A stretch of 64,000 nucleotides of DNA from Bugula neritina (taxonomy: Eukaryota; Animalia; Bryozoa), in contig OZ037769.1 in NCBI GenBank assembly GCA_964035545.1, forward strand, positions 8,909,929-8,973,928, in the 5' to 3' direction. The notes under the pieces were generated by a model, which saw only the letters and a program-made list of their open reading frames with translations, was not told the DNA's origin and did no database searches. Numbering within the stretch: the first letter of the stretch is position 1; each line of letters begins with the position of its first letter. Made by a program: the position numbers and the translations under genes. This document shows positions 19,026 to 33,500 of the stretch, in pieces.

Positions 19026-22000
19026 CTACCATACAAGGGCAGTCCTTCGAAGTAAGTAGATACAGGATCGAATACCACCATGATTTATAATTGTAGTTCT
19101 AGGCATTGACCACCACTTCCTGACTTGGGGTAAAACCTAAAAAATTAATAAAACTGAAGCATGCAAGAACACAGTGTACCAGTAATTGTCTTCTTTTGAC
19201 TTTGATATCTTCTCTGAAATTAGTGTGTTCATAACAAAATGGATATTAACAATAAAATTGGAAGTAATTTTGGCAATATCCAGTAAATGGAAATTCTGAG
19301 TCATCCTCATAAAATGTTTTAAATATCGGGCGAAGTAAAGAGCAAATTTTACTTATCATCTACACAAGTGTGAAAACATTTAAATGCACAGTTTCAAGCT
19401 TCTTGTATCATAGAATAAAAATCTGTACTTTTAGATTGTCTAATTTCATATTTCGAGGAAACAATAAAATTTATTGATAGTATTTGAAAGTTTGAACGTC
19501 TGTTAAAAGAGCGCATGATGATATTTACTGAAATGAACTAAACATTTGACCAAAGTGGAGGCATGTTGGCCAACAACATTTTTTGGAATTGTCTACCCAC
19601 TGCAATAAGTAAAAGACTAGCAAATGCATGATAGTGCTAGTTGCACATCAGCAATTTTGTATAATAAAAAGCTACTTTATTGGTCAGTACAATGCTATTC
19701 TAATTAACTACCAATATGGTTTCATGCGAGGTCTCAACTTGCAAGAGAAAGCAACTCTCAAAAACATGCTTACTGAAGGCTGTGCCCTTGGAATAGCGTA
19801 TATTTATTTTTCTAATTATTTGCAGAATGATAGCATTTGATAATTTATTATAGGAAAAGAAGGAAGAACTACTTACAGAGTTCATACACTTCCTATCAGC
19901 AGTAAGAATCACGGCTCTACTAGACTGAGGGCGAGTGACTCGAGCTGCTTCTGTGAGGAACATCGGATATAGCCTTCTATTGTCTACCTTGTTGCCCATC
20001 CTTTTGCCATAGGGCTACACAGCACAATGTTACAATACAGTGTATTTATTGTGCGTACTAAACTAACTTACTAATACTTCCTGGTAACATTGCACTAGTG
20101 GACACAAGTGAAGACAACTTTGCAAGCACTGCAGCAGCGTTTAGCAGCAGAATTGATGAGTTATTTAGTAAAACACATTTCCATGCAAAATTGACTAATG
20201 AAATGAATCAAATATCGCATATAATCTCATAAACTCCTCTAAGACATCTCTGAACCAAAAAATTGTAGCCTAAAGAAAAAGATTGAAGATATTTTGATTA
20301 AAAAAGTAAAACATCCTTGAGCAGTAAGATAAACTCTGAAAGAAACTTCGAATTTCCAGCTTCAACTTACCAAGTCAGTAACAATGACATCCACTGAATC
20401 TGTAACAAGAGGCAGGTTAGTTGCATCCCACTGTATTACTCCAGCATTCAACTGTGGCCTGTGAATATAATCATATTATAATGATAAGAACATGAGTAGC
20501 TGATGCAGCTTGGATTACCTACAAGGATATGCCAACAGGAAAAGTATTCACATATGACACAAAATTTATATAATTACTGTGTCTTCTCGTCTAATAACCA
20601 TTTGTGGAGTCTAAGCAACTAGTCAAAAACATGTAAAATGCTAATTAACTTCATATTTATCCAAACTACTTTGACCCCAGAGAAATTAAAAGCAGAGATA
20701 TATGAAATTGTAATATATTGAAAGTAATGCACTGAAAGATGCACTGTTGCACATTTGGAGACATGCTGCAACATCATAAGATACACTATGACATCACAAC
20801 ATACACTATGACATCACAGGATAACCTACGACATATGATATACTATGATATAAAATATCAGGTCGCAGGATAAAATATGACACCACAGGATGCACTATGC
20901 TAGCATGTGGTCACCTAATAGAAGTATGTTGATAAGACAGCTTCACATATGTGTTTATATAAACTACTTTTGCGAAATCTCGAAAGACAAGCAGACATTA
21001 CACAATCATCCAAAATTTGCCAATAATTTTTGCTGAAAGTTAAGAAAAACTTACAGCCCCTGCTCTTGTCTCTTACTATTAACTGCTAGTATGTTTGCTA
21101 TAGAAGATCCCACACAATATTCCTGTATGTCTCCCGCCAAGCAAAATGAATGAGGATGAGTTAATGCCCCCTGAAACAACAGGTCAAGTAATAGACACTG
21201 CATAATGTACTTTCAAGTGGGAGAATATATGCTGGAGAAGTTTTGGTGTGACGGACACCACTGTGAAGCTAGCAATGTTCTAACGGTACCCTTCAACCCA
21301 TAAATATATGAAAAATTACACAAAGCATCCTGAAAATACCGGCAAGGTACCAGCTAAAAGCTAACTTTAGGTTACAGGTATTAGTTTACTGAGTGATGAC
21401 TGTAATACCTCTACTATAACATTTCCAGAACCACACATCGGATCCACAACTACCTCGTTAGGTTGAATGTCGGCCAACCTGAAAGAGAGAAGCCTTCCAT
21501 CACCACAAGTTTACACATAACTCTCCAACTACACAGCTCAGCCAGCATATAGATGTTCCTGGCAAGCAGAATTCATAGCAAGATCAATAACCGACTAAAT
21601 AGTAACAACAACTTCAAACTTAGCTTAATTACTTAGCAACAGAATATGATAATTATATTTAAATTCAGTAAAAAAAACTTGAAACAACACTTGTGTAGCA
21701 CATGCTAAGCCAGTAGCTTAGGTGCCTTACAGGGTTTGGTTACTGATATCAAACATCTGTTTACCTTAATTCTAGCAAAAGTTAGTAGCCCCGCAAAAAA
21801 CCTAACATAACATTTCTCACAGGAATTGTAACCTCACACCAATGTGATTTTTATATTTATGAAACTTCTGCAAATTTAAACGAAAGTGGGTTTATAAATA
21901 AATTAAAAGTTGTCTACCACCAGGCACAGTCTTGGATTCTAAAAGAAATCGAATCACTAAATCTGATTACAATAGTTGTTTGCAGTAAAAATCTACCCTA

Positions 22001-25000
22001 TTTTATAAAAAGACCAAAAAGGCCTCCAATAATGCATTGAAAACACGCATTTGCCTTCCTACATTATGGCATAATTCTTGCACATTTCTTTAGGCTAAGT
22101 TTACTCAGGGAATACTGATTTACCTAACAGCATAGAAAGTGCAGAAAATTTCAAAATGAGAGTCACTCTCCATCAGTACAAGTCGATTTTCCCGAATCAA
22201 CTTTACACAACTAGCATAAACTAATTTATAAAATAGGTGCGAAATCCTATAAATTATGAAATAAAAAATAGCATTGTGAGGTGTATACTATACAGCAAAA
22301 TGTTGATGGTATTTAGAAATATTCACTTAAAATAGTTTATTTGAACCCCTAAGTGTCTAATAGTAAATCTTTAAATCTAATAACCAGATTATTGCTAGAT
22401 TGTGAATACAAAGACACTGAGTAGAACAAATCTAGGAATCATATATCAACTATTTAAATTAAATTGAATGTCATTTATTGCTGCTACACTAGCTTCTACA
22501 CTAGACTACATAAACAGTTTAGAAGAAACACTACCTCAATAATCCAGCACAGATGTTAGCCTTGAGAGTAGTCCTACTAAACTCGGAGACATTACGGTGA
22601 TAGAGGCTGACCTTGGTTAGCGCTATGCCAAACGTTACTTCATTGTCAGTAATCCGTATCACTACAATTAGGAAATCAAGGATGAATTCACGTATTTCTC
22701 TCTTTAGTCAAACTTACATAACAGAATGTGGGTGGAATATGATTTATGGATAAGATAATAAATCGATGTTTCTTTACAAAATTGAACACAATATTAAAGC
22801 GTTGATTGTTCAGGATCCTATGATGCCAGATCAACAAACAATTTCACTTACTTTGTTCAGATAGACTCCTACATATGACTGCAGCATAAATATATTGCAT
22901 GTGTACTTAATTCAGTCATTAAAATATTATTAATTATTAGCTCATATTACTAGTGAACTGTTTCAGTCAGTTGATCTATAGTTTAGACTCAGCTGTTAAG
23001 CATGGAGCTTGGTGTGCCACATGAGTACATAAACCACAGCAGAGTTTTTAATGATATCATGTAAGGCATCCGGTATCCATTGTCCCTGTGCCACATTATA
23101 TGTCACAAGCCATGCTGCCTGTATGGTCTGCGGACAAGTACGCAGACCTAAACATCTTCGCTATAGAAGCTCTCACAGAAATTTTGGCTACTAAAAATGT
23201 TGGACTTTTATTACTAATTACTTTTTATTTTCATGTAAAGTAACTCACCAACTTCTAAATCAAAATCTTTGAGATTAACATTCCAGCCAAATCTTGTCTG
23301 AATAATACCGCCGAGTCGATGGCCAGCCTCGGGGGAAGAGAACTTGTGGTGTTGACCAGCTCTGTGACACGTAGCCCTGTACTTAGGTAGAGGCACCGTG
23401 GATGTTTGAAGGTCACTGTCTCCTCTATCCTAGCACATGCAATCACTCATAATGGTTGTCTAAACATTTTACTAACAACTTAAAAAGGAAAACAATTTAA
23501 AAATATATGTGTAATAGCATGTAGAATTAACTTAGCTTTTGCAAATAAATTCCACAACACAATGTCCAAGAGTGTGCAATGCGCTCGCTACATACTGCTT
23601 TATGTTTTTCGCACTTCAAAACTGTCAAGCATTGAAAACTACTTGAAAAAAAATAAAAAAGGTAGCTATAGCACATTATATTGAACTTGTGCAAATAGAG
23701 AAATCCCTGGTTGTTATTAGTGATAGACTCACTAGTTAAACTAATAGAAAAATTGAATACTTACGAGGTCAGATTCAGAGTTTACAGGAATAGAGGAAAC
23801 AGTGTGTGGGAAATCTGTGAAGTGTGACCAGACATTAAGGCCAGTTTGCCAATCTACTTGAGGTACAAGGTCCTCGAGTTGGTCTAAAGCTGCAGTCTGA
23901 TAACACATACCACACAACACAGAATAATTTACACATCATAATCTAATTTATTGAAAATAGATTTTAAAAACTACATAGTACAATTGCAAAGCTACTTTGT
24001 GGAATGTAAGCATAGTTATTGTAAAATTAATAAAATCAAACTTACATTCTCATCTGCAAACTCAACCACGAACTTCGACATTGTAACTTGTAAGTGATCA
24101 ATAATTTTCAAATCTAAAGCCTACAAATAATATATGATGTAAAGCACATTTGCAGAATGGAATCAACAGAATTTTAAGACTAAAAGACTGCATACTACAA
24201 ACCTGTGTAACAGTTTCTATATCTTGAGACCAGGTGATGAATCCTCGGCCTTCCAACACTTCTGGTACAGAGAGTCGCTCTTTGACTTCATCTGCTGCCA
24301 GGAACTCTAGACCAGTAATGACACTGGCTCTTAGAGTACAGGACATGTCTACCTGCATGCACTATGATCTCGAACTAATTTCCCTGATACAATTCACTGT
24401 ACCTAAACCGCAAAATAATTAACATTGCTTTGTATTTCATGTGTCTACATTTTCCCAAACAACTCAGGCTTACTGAGTTCACTTACACTTTTTGTAAAGT
24501 GAAGGTATCTGTAGAAAACTGGGTTGTAATTGTAACACTGTAACTTAGACTTTAATACAAACAGTAACTGTAATGGTAAAAGTTAGGGATTGGAAATATT
24601 ACTCTGTTCTCTACTATTTTTCATAAAGACCTTTAATTTTACTGAGTCACCACCGATATCAGATATGGCACTTAGAAATCCATAGTATTGAATAGTTTGA
24701 CATAATACCGTAATGCGGCTTTTTAAAATGTTAAAAGCCAGAAAAAAATTTATTTTGACCATTATTTACTTGAATAGCTTAGTCATTGACTTACATGTTA
24801 ATTTTTTTCAAGTTAATAATCATAATGTTAATTGACATTATTATAAATATAAATTTATTTATTAAGAACAAGTTTAACTCTAAATCATTAGAAATATTTT
24901 TTAATTCGAACTTGACAAAATTATTGGATTAAGGCATTAAGCTATAATAATAATAATAATAATAACAATTACTAACTATAAAATAAAAATATAATAAATT

Positions 25001-26034
25001 TGTTTTAATAAACAATATAAATATCAATGGGAATACGGAATTGAGTAACTGCAGTCTTATTCTGTATAACATTACATATAAGTATAAGTATTGCACTTTG
25101 ACTTTCCCAGATTGAGAGTGAGTGTAAATCAATAAATGTAAAACTAAAAGTAAAAGTTAGACTTAGACTAAAATTGAATTTGAACGATAAATTTAAACAA
25201 CCAAGACCAAGCTGCTCAGACTTAGCAGTCATTAGTCATTCCTGATGCAAACTTAAACTATCACTGATAGTGTCACTAATAGTGATACTCATACGGATGG
25301 TAATACTGATGATGATACTGATACTCAGTGATAGTAATACTACACTAATACTAGGTCTACTTCTACTTCTAGTACCACTATCAGTATCATACTGATAGTA
25401 GTACTAAAAGTAGAAGTAGACCTAGTATTAGTGTAGTTGACTATGACTATGAGTATGAGTATTAGTACGAGTATGAGAATGAGTATCAGTATCAGTATCA
25501 CTATCAATATCAGACCCAGTATCATACTCATACTCATAGTGAGTATGAGTATGACATTGACTATGAGTATGAGTATCACTCTGACTCTGAGTCTCAGTCC
25601 ATCAGCATCACAATATGAATATTATATTAATTATTAATCGTGGTCATAGTGAAAATAAATGACTAAAGCCACTGTGACTGTTATCTCTGAGCCTTAAGCT
25701 CATGCTAAGTCTTATCAATTATCATTATCAAATTCAATATCAAAGTTGATTATAATAATAATTATAATAATTACATGAGGTGAAAACAGGAAGCTGTCAC
25801 TAAAAAGTACTGCAACAGGAACCGCTGTTTTTTGATCGTTTACTATCACGGGCAGTGATAAGTTTAATTGAAAAGTTGTTGTCAATTCAGCGTTGCCGAT
25901 AATGTGAACAAAAGCTTAAAACTTCGTGATTGTTGTTACGTGTAGCGCTGAGAAGCCTGTGATTATAATGCTAGTAATCTTGGTATCACCGGGTTTTTTG
26001 AATATGTGATCGAGAAAAAATTACTCACCAGCAT
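19026..26034 (-). CDS. THUMPD3: tRNA (guanine-N2) methyltransferase THUMPD3-like. About 11 exons, including a probable 6-nt first coding exon at 26029-26034; alternative start at 24346
   Basis: VITGLEFLAADEVKERL; THUMP-domain YRATCHRAGQHHKFSS...FGWNVNLKDFDLEV; TTLKANICAGLLRLADIQPNEVVVDPMCGSG; QWDATNLPLVTDSVDVIVTDL|PYGKRMG; last exon 19026-19136 INHGGIRSCIYLLRRT. Confidence 0.92.
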
Positions 26035-26241
26035 TAGGTAAAACAAAAACTAGGACTAGAAAACATTAACAAATAAGTGAAAACGCAATTTAATTTTTTA
26101 CCGACTTTGACTGAAAGCGAATACTATAGCAATTAATTATTTAATGAATTATGGAATTAAAATTTAAATTATATTAACATTGTGCTTGCTGCAGTACGAC
26201 CATCACCAAGTTCAGCTTGTTACCTTCGCTTATCTTTTTAG
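26035..26241. promoter_or_regulatory. Probable bidirectional promoter for THUMPD3 (-) and GALNT (+)
   Basis: Minus-strand ATG CTG|gtgagt at 26034 and plus-strand donor ag|gtaagt at 26242 lie about 200 bp apart, both followed by TAGT/ACTA-rich first introns. Confidence 0.55.
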
Positions 26242-27503
26242 GTAAGTTGCGCTAATTTTCCTCCTTCAACTGCACCTGGAACTAGAAGTAGAAGTGGCTA
26301 GAAGTAGAACTAGAACCAGCCAGTGCCACTAGACCTAGGGGCTAGGCTAGTAGACGTAGTAGTACTAGTAGTAGTAGTACTAGTAGTAGTAGTACCCAGA
26401 ACAATACGTGATATGAAAATAACATCAAATACTGCTCACAGACAGGCCTCATAAGGCCCTATAGTGAGCCTGTACTGGCACCAAAGTCTTAAAACAGAAC
26501 TGCACTTATGTGATAAAAGTATTAACTACATTTAATAATTCTGTTCACCAAACGAGGCACGTCGCTTACACTAATCTAGTGGTCTAACGTGATTGCATCT
26601 TCAAGTAAGTCAAGTAAGTAGTACACAGACAGTATGAGTATCACCACTACACTAACTCTAAGTCTAACACCATCCTATAGTAATAGCAACGCCCACTGAC
26701 CACTGTATCTGTAAATGTAAGTGTAACCTTAAGGTCAAACTCAAACTTTTTTCAAAGTCAAATAGAAATTAAAACTAAAATTGAGGTAATACTAGTATTA
26801 ATTAATAGTTAGCTACTATACTTTATAGTTATAGTTTAGTTCTAGTAATACTAATACTAATAGTACTAATACTAATAGTAATACTTATAGCAATTCTAAA
26901 TCTAATAGTCATAGTCTTACTATTACTATTAATAATTGAATATTAGTGTTGGTATTAGTATCACTATTCTTATTACTATTAGCCTTAGGAATAGTAATAC
27001 TTTAACTAATACTAATAAAAATGGTAAAACGAAAACTAAAAGTGATACTGCTAATAATAATTGTAATACTAATACTACTACTATTAGTTTTGCATTACTA
27101 CTACTACTACTACTAGTACTAGTATTAATAGTTACACTAATAGTAATTTTAATAGTTCTAGTAAAACTAAAACTATATCTATTCCAGCCTAGCTCTACAA
27201 TTAAACTACTGTGACATTTATAACAAGTTCAAATTTACTCCTTTTTTCTGTTCTTGTCGGCCATATGTGATAACCCTATTGGAAATCATTACTATAGTAT
27301 TTCCTTGATCTGATATGTTTTAAGGAAGATTAATTACTTGTTTCTAGTATTTTGTAAAGTACCCTTTTATTAGAAGTGCTATCCAGATCTACAATCTTCA
27401 CATGCATTACTAACGTATGGTGATATCATTTCTTCAGAATCACATTCATAAGAATGTGTCTGCAATATTTTTAGATGCAAATATTCTAAGTTGCTTAAAA
27501 AGA

Positions 27504-30500
27504 ATGTTTAGTCGCAAAAGTCAACAAGTATTGAAGGTCGTAGTACTGACGTCTCTGGTCTGGTGTTTGTTGGACGTTTTTATCCTCACATACTTCAGTG
27601 GATGCGCTGAAACACAAAAATCCTTCAAATCTTCTCATAACCAAAAATTTCAAGACTCCGTAGAGCAAGATGAAGATAAAACTCCAAGAAGTCTGTTAAA
27701 CAAGTTTATTGACAAAGTTCCTGAAGGTGTGAATTTATGATTGATTTTTAATTGTTTAGAGTTGAAATATTATAGAAATCACTTTTTTGCGAAGATACTT
27801 TCTGTTTATACCGCAACCGTGTGCTTCCAGCCTTGAAACCAAAACCCAATGGGCCAGGTGATGGTGGTAATGCTGTTGTTATACCAAAGCATCTTGAAGC
27901 TGAAGCTAGAGAAAAGTTCAAGGTCAACCAGTTTAATCTATTGGCCAGTGAATTGATGTCCCTAAACCGTAGTCTTCCTGATTACAGACTGTCGTCGTAA
28001 GTTTCAGTAAATCTTTGAGTCTGACCTCTGGTTCGCTAAAAATTATTTTACTTTTCTCCAATATTGAATATTTTCTTTTAATAAAGCAAAAACCTTTTAT
28101 ATAATATAAATAATGTCATATTTTTGTGGTAAAAATTATACATCTCAGTAACTTAGGAGTAACTAATGTTAGTAATAGAGTTCCTGTAGATACAGTCTAA
28201 CTGATAACTGCTGTAGTTGAATTTGGTTTCAACTTTCAGACCTGAAGGAAAGTTGCAAATAAAATGTTTTTATGCATAAATAAATAAAGTTATGTTCTTA
28301 CAATTGAACATTTCATTTAATAATTACCTTATTATATTCTATTTTTATGTATTAGGGTAAGAAACTGTTAACAATTACAAACATTTCATCACAGGTTTTC
28401 ATATCAGACATTTGATTGTTATTTAGTTGCTGATTACAGGCACGTGTCACGTGGAATAGATGCTACATTGAGCTCTTCTACTGGTTCTCATTGAAATAAT
28501 GTGTGTTTTAGCTGCAAGTCTGTACCTTGTTATGAGCCTTCATTAACTCAGAAGTTACCCCACACCAGTATTATTATTGTGTTTCACAACGAGGCTTGGA
28601 CCACATTGCTGCGCACTGTCCACAGTGCTATTAACAGGTCTCCAAGACATCTGTTAAAAGAATTCTTATTGGTTGATGATGCAAGTGATCAAGGTAAATT
28701 TTGTGCATGTTATACTAATTACACACAAATATGTAGCCTACTTTAATATACTATACTAAATGACATTATACTCTGTTTTATTATGCTATAGTATAATGTG
28801 TTATAATGTGATATTATATCATCAATAATGCTTACTGCCCTGTTCAAACGAATAAATCTTATAAAAATTATTGCAAAATCGTTTATTAAAAATCCACTTA
28901 TCGCTCTTAAATTTCTTCTTCACTTCTTGAGTTCACAGTTATAGTTGTAAAAATATTTTGTTTTGCTTTGTTGCAAATATTATTATTTTGTATGTCTGTA
29001 TCACTGATTCTTGTCTCTTATATGTGCCTCTTGTGTGCTGTCTATGTAAAAGTTATCGGGAAGTACAATCAATTTTAACCATTTATTTCACTCCTTATTA
29101 GATGTTGATAGTTCTTCTGCTTTTTAGAGCATTTAAAAGACAAGTTAGATGAGTATGTAGCTAAGCTTCCAGTTCCAACCAAAGTGCTGAGAATGTCACA
29201 GCGTGGTGGACTTATCCGTGCCCGTCTGAGAGGTGAGGTGTAACTGTCTGCTTTAATTGGCTGTTAACTGTATAAGTTACTGTATAGTAACTGTATACTT
29301 ACTGTACACTGACTGTATACTAACTACATGCTAACTGTATATTAACTGTATACTAGCTATATGATAACTGTATAGTGACTGTATACTAACTGTATACCAA
29401 CTATATGCTAACTGTATACTAGCTGTATGGTAACTTTATAGTGAGTGACTGTATACTAACTGTATACTATTTGTATGTTACCTATGCATGTTGATTATTA
29501 GTCTTTACTATTTTTAATGTATTTCTAATTGTAAAGGTGACTTTTTATTATTATCATGTTTTTTTGCAGGGTTATGTTTAGTTTACTGATTCAATTCGAT
29601 GAATAGTTGGAAAGATAACTCTAGCATATTTGTTCATTGGCTATCAAAACTTGAGTATGACTGCTGTTTTGCTCTCTCATATTTTGGTGTTTTTCAGCCA
29701 CGTGTCCTTGCAAAACAAATGATTCTCAAAGTGATTAGTTGGCAGTCTGATTAGATATGATAATTAACTTGAAAATGTTGCCAACCTTTGTAAGAATATA
29801 CAATTTCAGCTAGTTGGTAGCTAGTATTTAGTAGCTAGTGGTTAACAACATCAATCATCCTTATGCAATCATACTCATGTAATTATAGGGGTAACCCGGT
29901 TTCTCAGTTGATATAAGTTGGTGAGTTAATGGAAAGGAGCAAAGCCTACTGTGCCTATTGTACACTGCATGTCTGCTATCTCAGCAGATAGATACTGGGT
30001 GTATAATGCTTTGGATAAAATAATTAAAAACGCTTCAGGAAAAACATTGAGTTTAAACCTACAGTAGTATTTTTAATGATGTTAAAGTTTAATGACTTTG
30101 AAAGGGTTGGTCAAAAAAGCATTAACGTAATAGTTATGCCATTTATTTTGTTCAATGAGTGTCTAATAAATATTAAAAGTTCTAAACATGTTCGATAACC
30201 GCCATTTCAGGTGCCAAAACAGCCACAGGAGATGTGCTGACGTTTCTAGACGCACACTGTGAGTGTACAGAAGGCTGGCTGGAACCTCTCCTCTATGAAA
30301 TATATAAGAACAGGTATTACTTCATAATTTCATGTCATGGTTGGCAGTTTATTCATGCTCTTTGATTGTAAGTCAATAGAAATTAAAAAAGCTGTTCTAT
30401 TGCTATGAATTTCAGACTTTTGATATTTCAACACATAATGTTCGATCCATTCCCATACATTTTTTAATAATTAAAACTGAGTAGCAATATGAAAAAGGAA

Positions 30501-33500
30501 TTTTGGGATCTTTTTACAATGTAACATTTAACGTATATATTTTTATGGTATTTTATAATACAATGCTGTTTGATTATAACAAAATGAAGAAAATTCAAAT
30601 TTTTTAATAACTGCTTATTGATTAGTTGTTTTACTTTAAACACATCTATCAAAGCTATTAATTTGCTGACACATTTTACTTTACTGAGTTCAAGGTGAAG
30701 CCTTCCTTTTCAAACCAGTGGAAGTGTTACAGGTATGTTATTGTGTCTTCACATGTGTGAATATACATTCGCTGTGGCGTCTCTGTATGCAGGAAGGCAG
30801 TTGCTTGTCCCCTAATAGACGTTATAAGTGATGACACGTTTGAGTACATCACTGGGGGAGACACAACATGGGGAGGTTTCAACTGGAAACTCAACTTCAG
30901 GTGGTATCCTTCACCAAAGAGGGAGCTGAGCAGACGTGGTGGAGATAGAACTGTTCCTATGAGGTGTGTATCATCTCTATCCCACCTATCCTCACCTGTC
31001 CTCACCTGTCTCTGCTCTGTCCTGTTTGGGTAGCAGGTGTATTATCTGTATTATCTGTATCTATATATTATGCCTGTATCTATTAAATCTCTATCTATTA
31101 TATCTATTATGTTTCTAGATCTATTATATCTGTATCTATTATGTATCTATTTATTGAGTCTCTATCTATTAGGTCTCTAATATGCCTCTGTCTATTATCT
31201 CTATCTATTATTTCTATCTATTATGTCTCTATCTATTATCTCTATCTATTATGTCTCTATCTATTATGTCTATCTATTATCTCTATCTATTATCTCTATC
31301 TATTATCTCTATCTATTATCTCTATCTATTATCTCTATCTATTATCTCTATCTATTATCTCTATCTATTATCTCTATCTATTATTTCTATCTATTATGTC
31401 TCTAACTATTATCTCTATCTATTATGTCTCTATCTATTATCTCTATCTATTATCTCTATCTATTATCTCTATCTATTATCTCTATCTATTATTTCTATCT
31501 ATTATGTCTCTAACTATTATCTCTATCTATTATGTCTCTATCTATTATCTCTATCTATTATCTCTATCTATTATCTCTATCTATTATCTCTATCTATTAT
31601 CTCTATCTATTATCTCTATCTATTATCTCTATCTATTATCTCTATCTATTATCTCTATCTATTATCTCTATCTATTATCTCTATCTATTATCTCTATCTA
31701 TTATCTCTATCTATTATCTCTATCTATTATCTCTATCTATTATTTCTATCTATTATGTCTCTATCTATTATCTCTATCTATTATGTCTCTATCTATTATG
31801 TCTATCTATTATCTCTATCTATTATCTCTATCTATTATCTCTATCTATTATCTCTATCTATTATCTCTATCTATTATCTCTATCTATTATCTCTATCTAT
31901 TATCTCTATCTATTATTTCTATCTATTATGTCTCTAACTATTATCTCTATCTATTATCTATCTATTATCTCTATCTATTATTTCTATCTATTATGTCTCT
32001 AACTATTATCTCTATCTATTATGTCTCTATCTATTATCTCTATCTATTATCTCTATCTATTATCTCTATCTATTATCTCTATCTATTATTTCTATCTATT
32101 ATGTCTCTAACTATTATCTCTATCTATTATGTCTCTATCTATTATCTCTATCTATTATCTCTATCTATTATCTCTAACTATTATCTCTATCTATTATGTT
32201 TCTATCTATTATCTCTATCTATTATCTATCTATTATCTCTATCTATTATCTCTATCTATTATCTCTATCTATTATCTATATCTATTATCTCTATCTATTA
32301 TCATGTATTCTCAGAACACCTACCATGGCTGGAGGATTATTCTCAATGGATAGGAATTACTTCTATGAAAGTGGGTCGTATGATCCTGGTATGAACATCT
32401 GGGGTGGAGAGAATCTGGAGATGTCCTTCAGAGTAAGTTACCAGATGTTATACTGTCACCGACTTTCTATATTATTCTATATGTCATATTCTTTAGTCTG
32501 TCTGGTATTCTGCATTACTTGCACTAGATAATCTGGCTACGTATTATATATTTATTATCAATAACTAAACATTTGTGTAGCAAGAAACACACTAAATAAC
32601 AAATACTGAAAAGAGAAGGTATTTTCATGCTAATTCTTGCATGTTTGATGGTAGAGACCAATGAATGCATTTGGCGGATGCATTTGGTTGGATGTGCAGC
32701 CATTGCATCATGTCTGAACTTTTGTCACCTTTCAGTGTGTGCAGCATGATGAGGATTTACCACTCAAATCATGTAAAATAGCAAAAACTTTTAGTAATAA
32801 TTTTCCAATTTTTAACTGTTGCGTTGTATATTAATATAGCTGGAATTGTGGCACATTTCTGATATGAGTGATCAACATGTAGAGACTCGTGTGACTACAC
32901 ATGTGACTACACATGTGACTACACATGTGACTACACATGTGACTACACATTGTTTACCCAGTGTTCTATTGTTCTGTAGATATGGCAATGCGGTGGTGAG
33001 GTGCTGATAGTGACATGTTCAAGAGTAGGTCATGTGTTCAGAAAGATATCCCCCTACTCCTGGCCTGGTGGTGTTGCAGCAATACTCAACCACAACACCC
33101 AGAGGATTGCCAGTGTGTGGATGGACGACTACCAGGAAATATTCTACAAAATGAACCCAGGTTAGATCCGGTAGACTGAAAGATTTCCTATAACTCTGTA
33201 TTGTATCAACATGTTTCTGTTATAAGTTTCAATTATTCTCAATAATTGATATTCCTTTTCCAACATCAAACTGCGTCACAAAATGTACTGTACGTCTGCA
33301 GGTGTAACGAAGACGGATCCCGGCGATATGACAGAACGACAAAATCTCAGGAAGAAGCTGGGATGTAAAAGTTTTAGATGGTACTTGGAGAACATTTATC
33401 CAGAGAGTCATATTCCAATCAACTATAAATCTGTGGGCAGGGTAAGTTAGCACGCAATACATTGGTGTGGAAAGTGTGTTGAGAGTGGGTAAAGCTGACT

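Noticed and set aside
25340-27214. Hydrophobic ORFs resembling membrane proteins (ILILIV, LLLLLV)
   Set aside because: Artefacts of the TAGT/ACTA-rich low-complexity intron tracts.
31141-32394. 417-aa and overlapping [11 protein letters not shown] ORFs
   Set aside because: Translation of a 13-bp minisatellite inside a GALNT intron.
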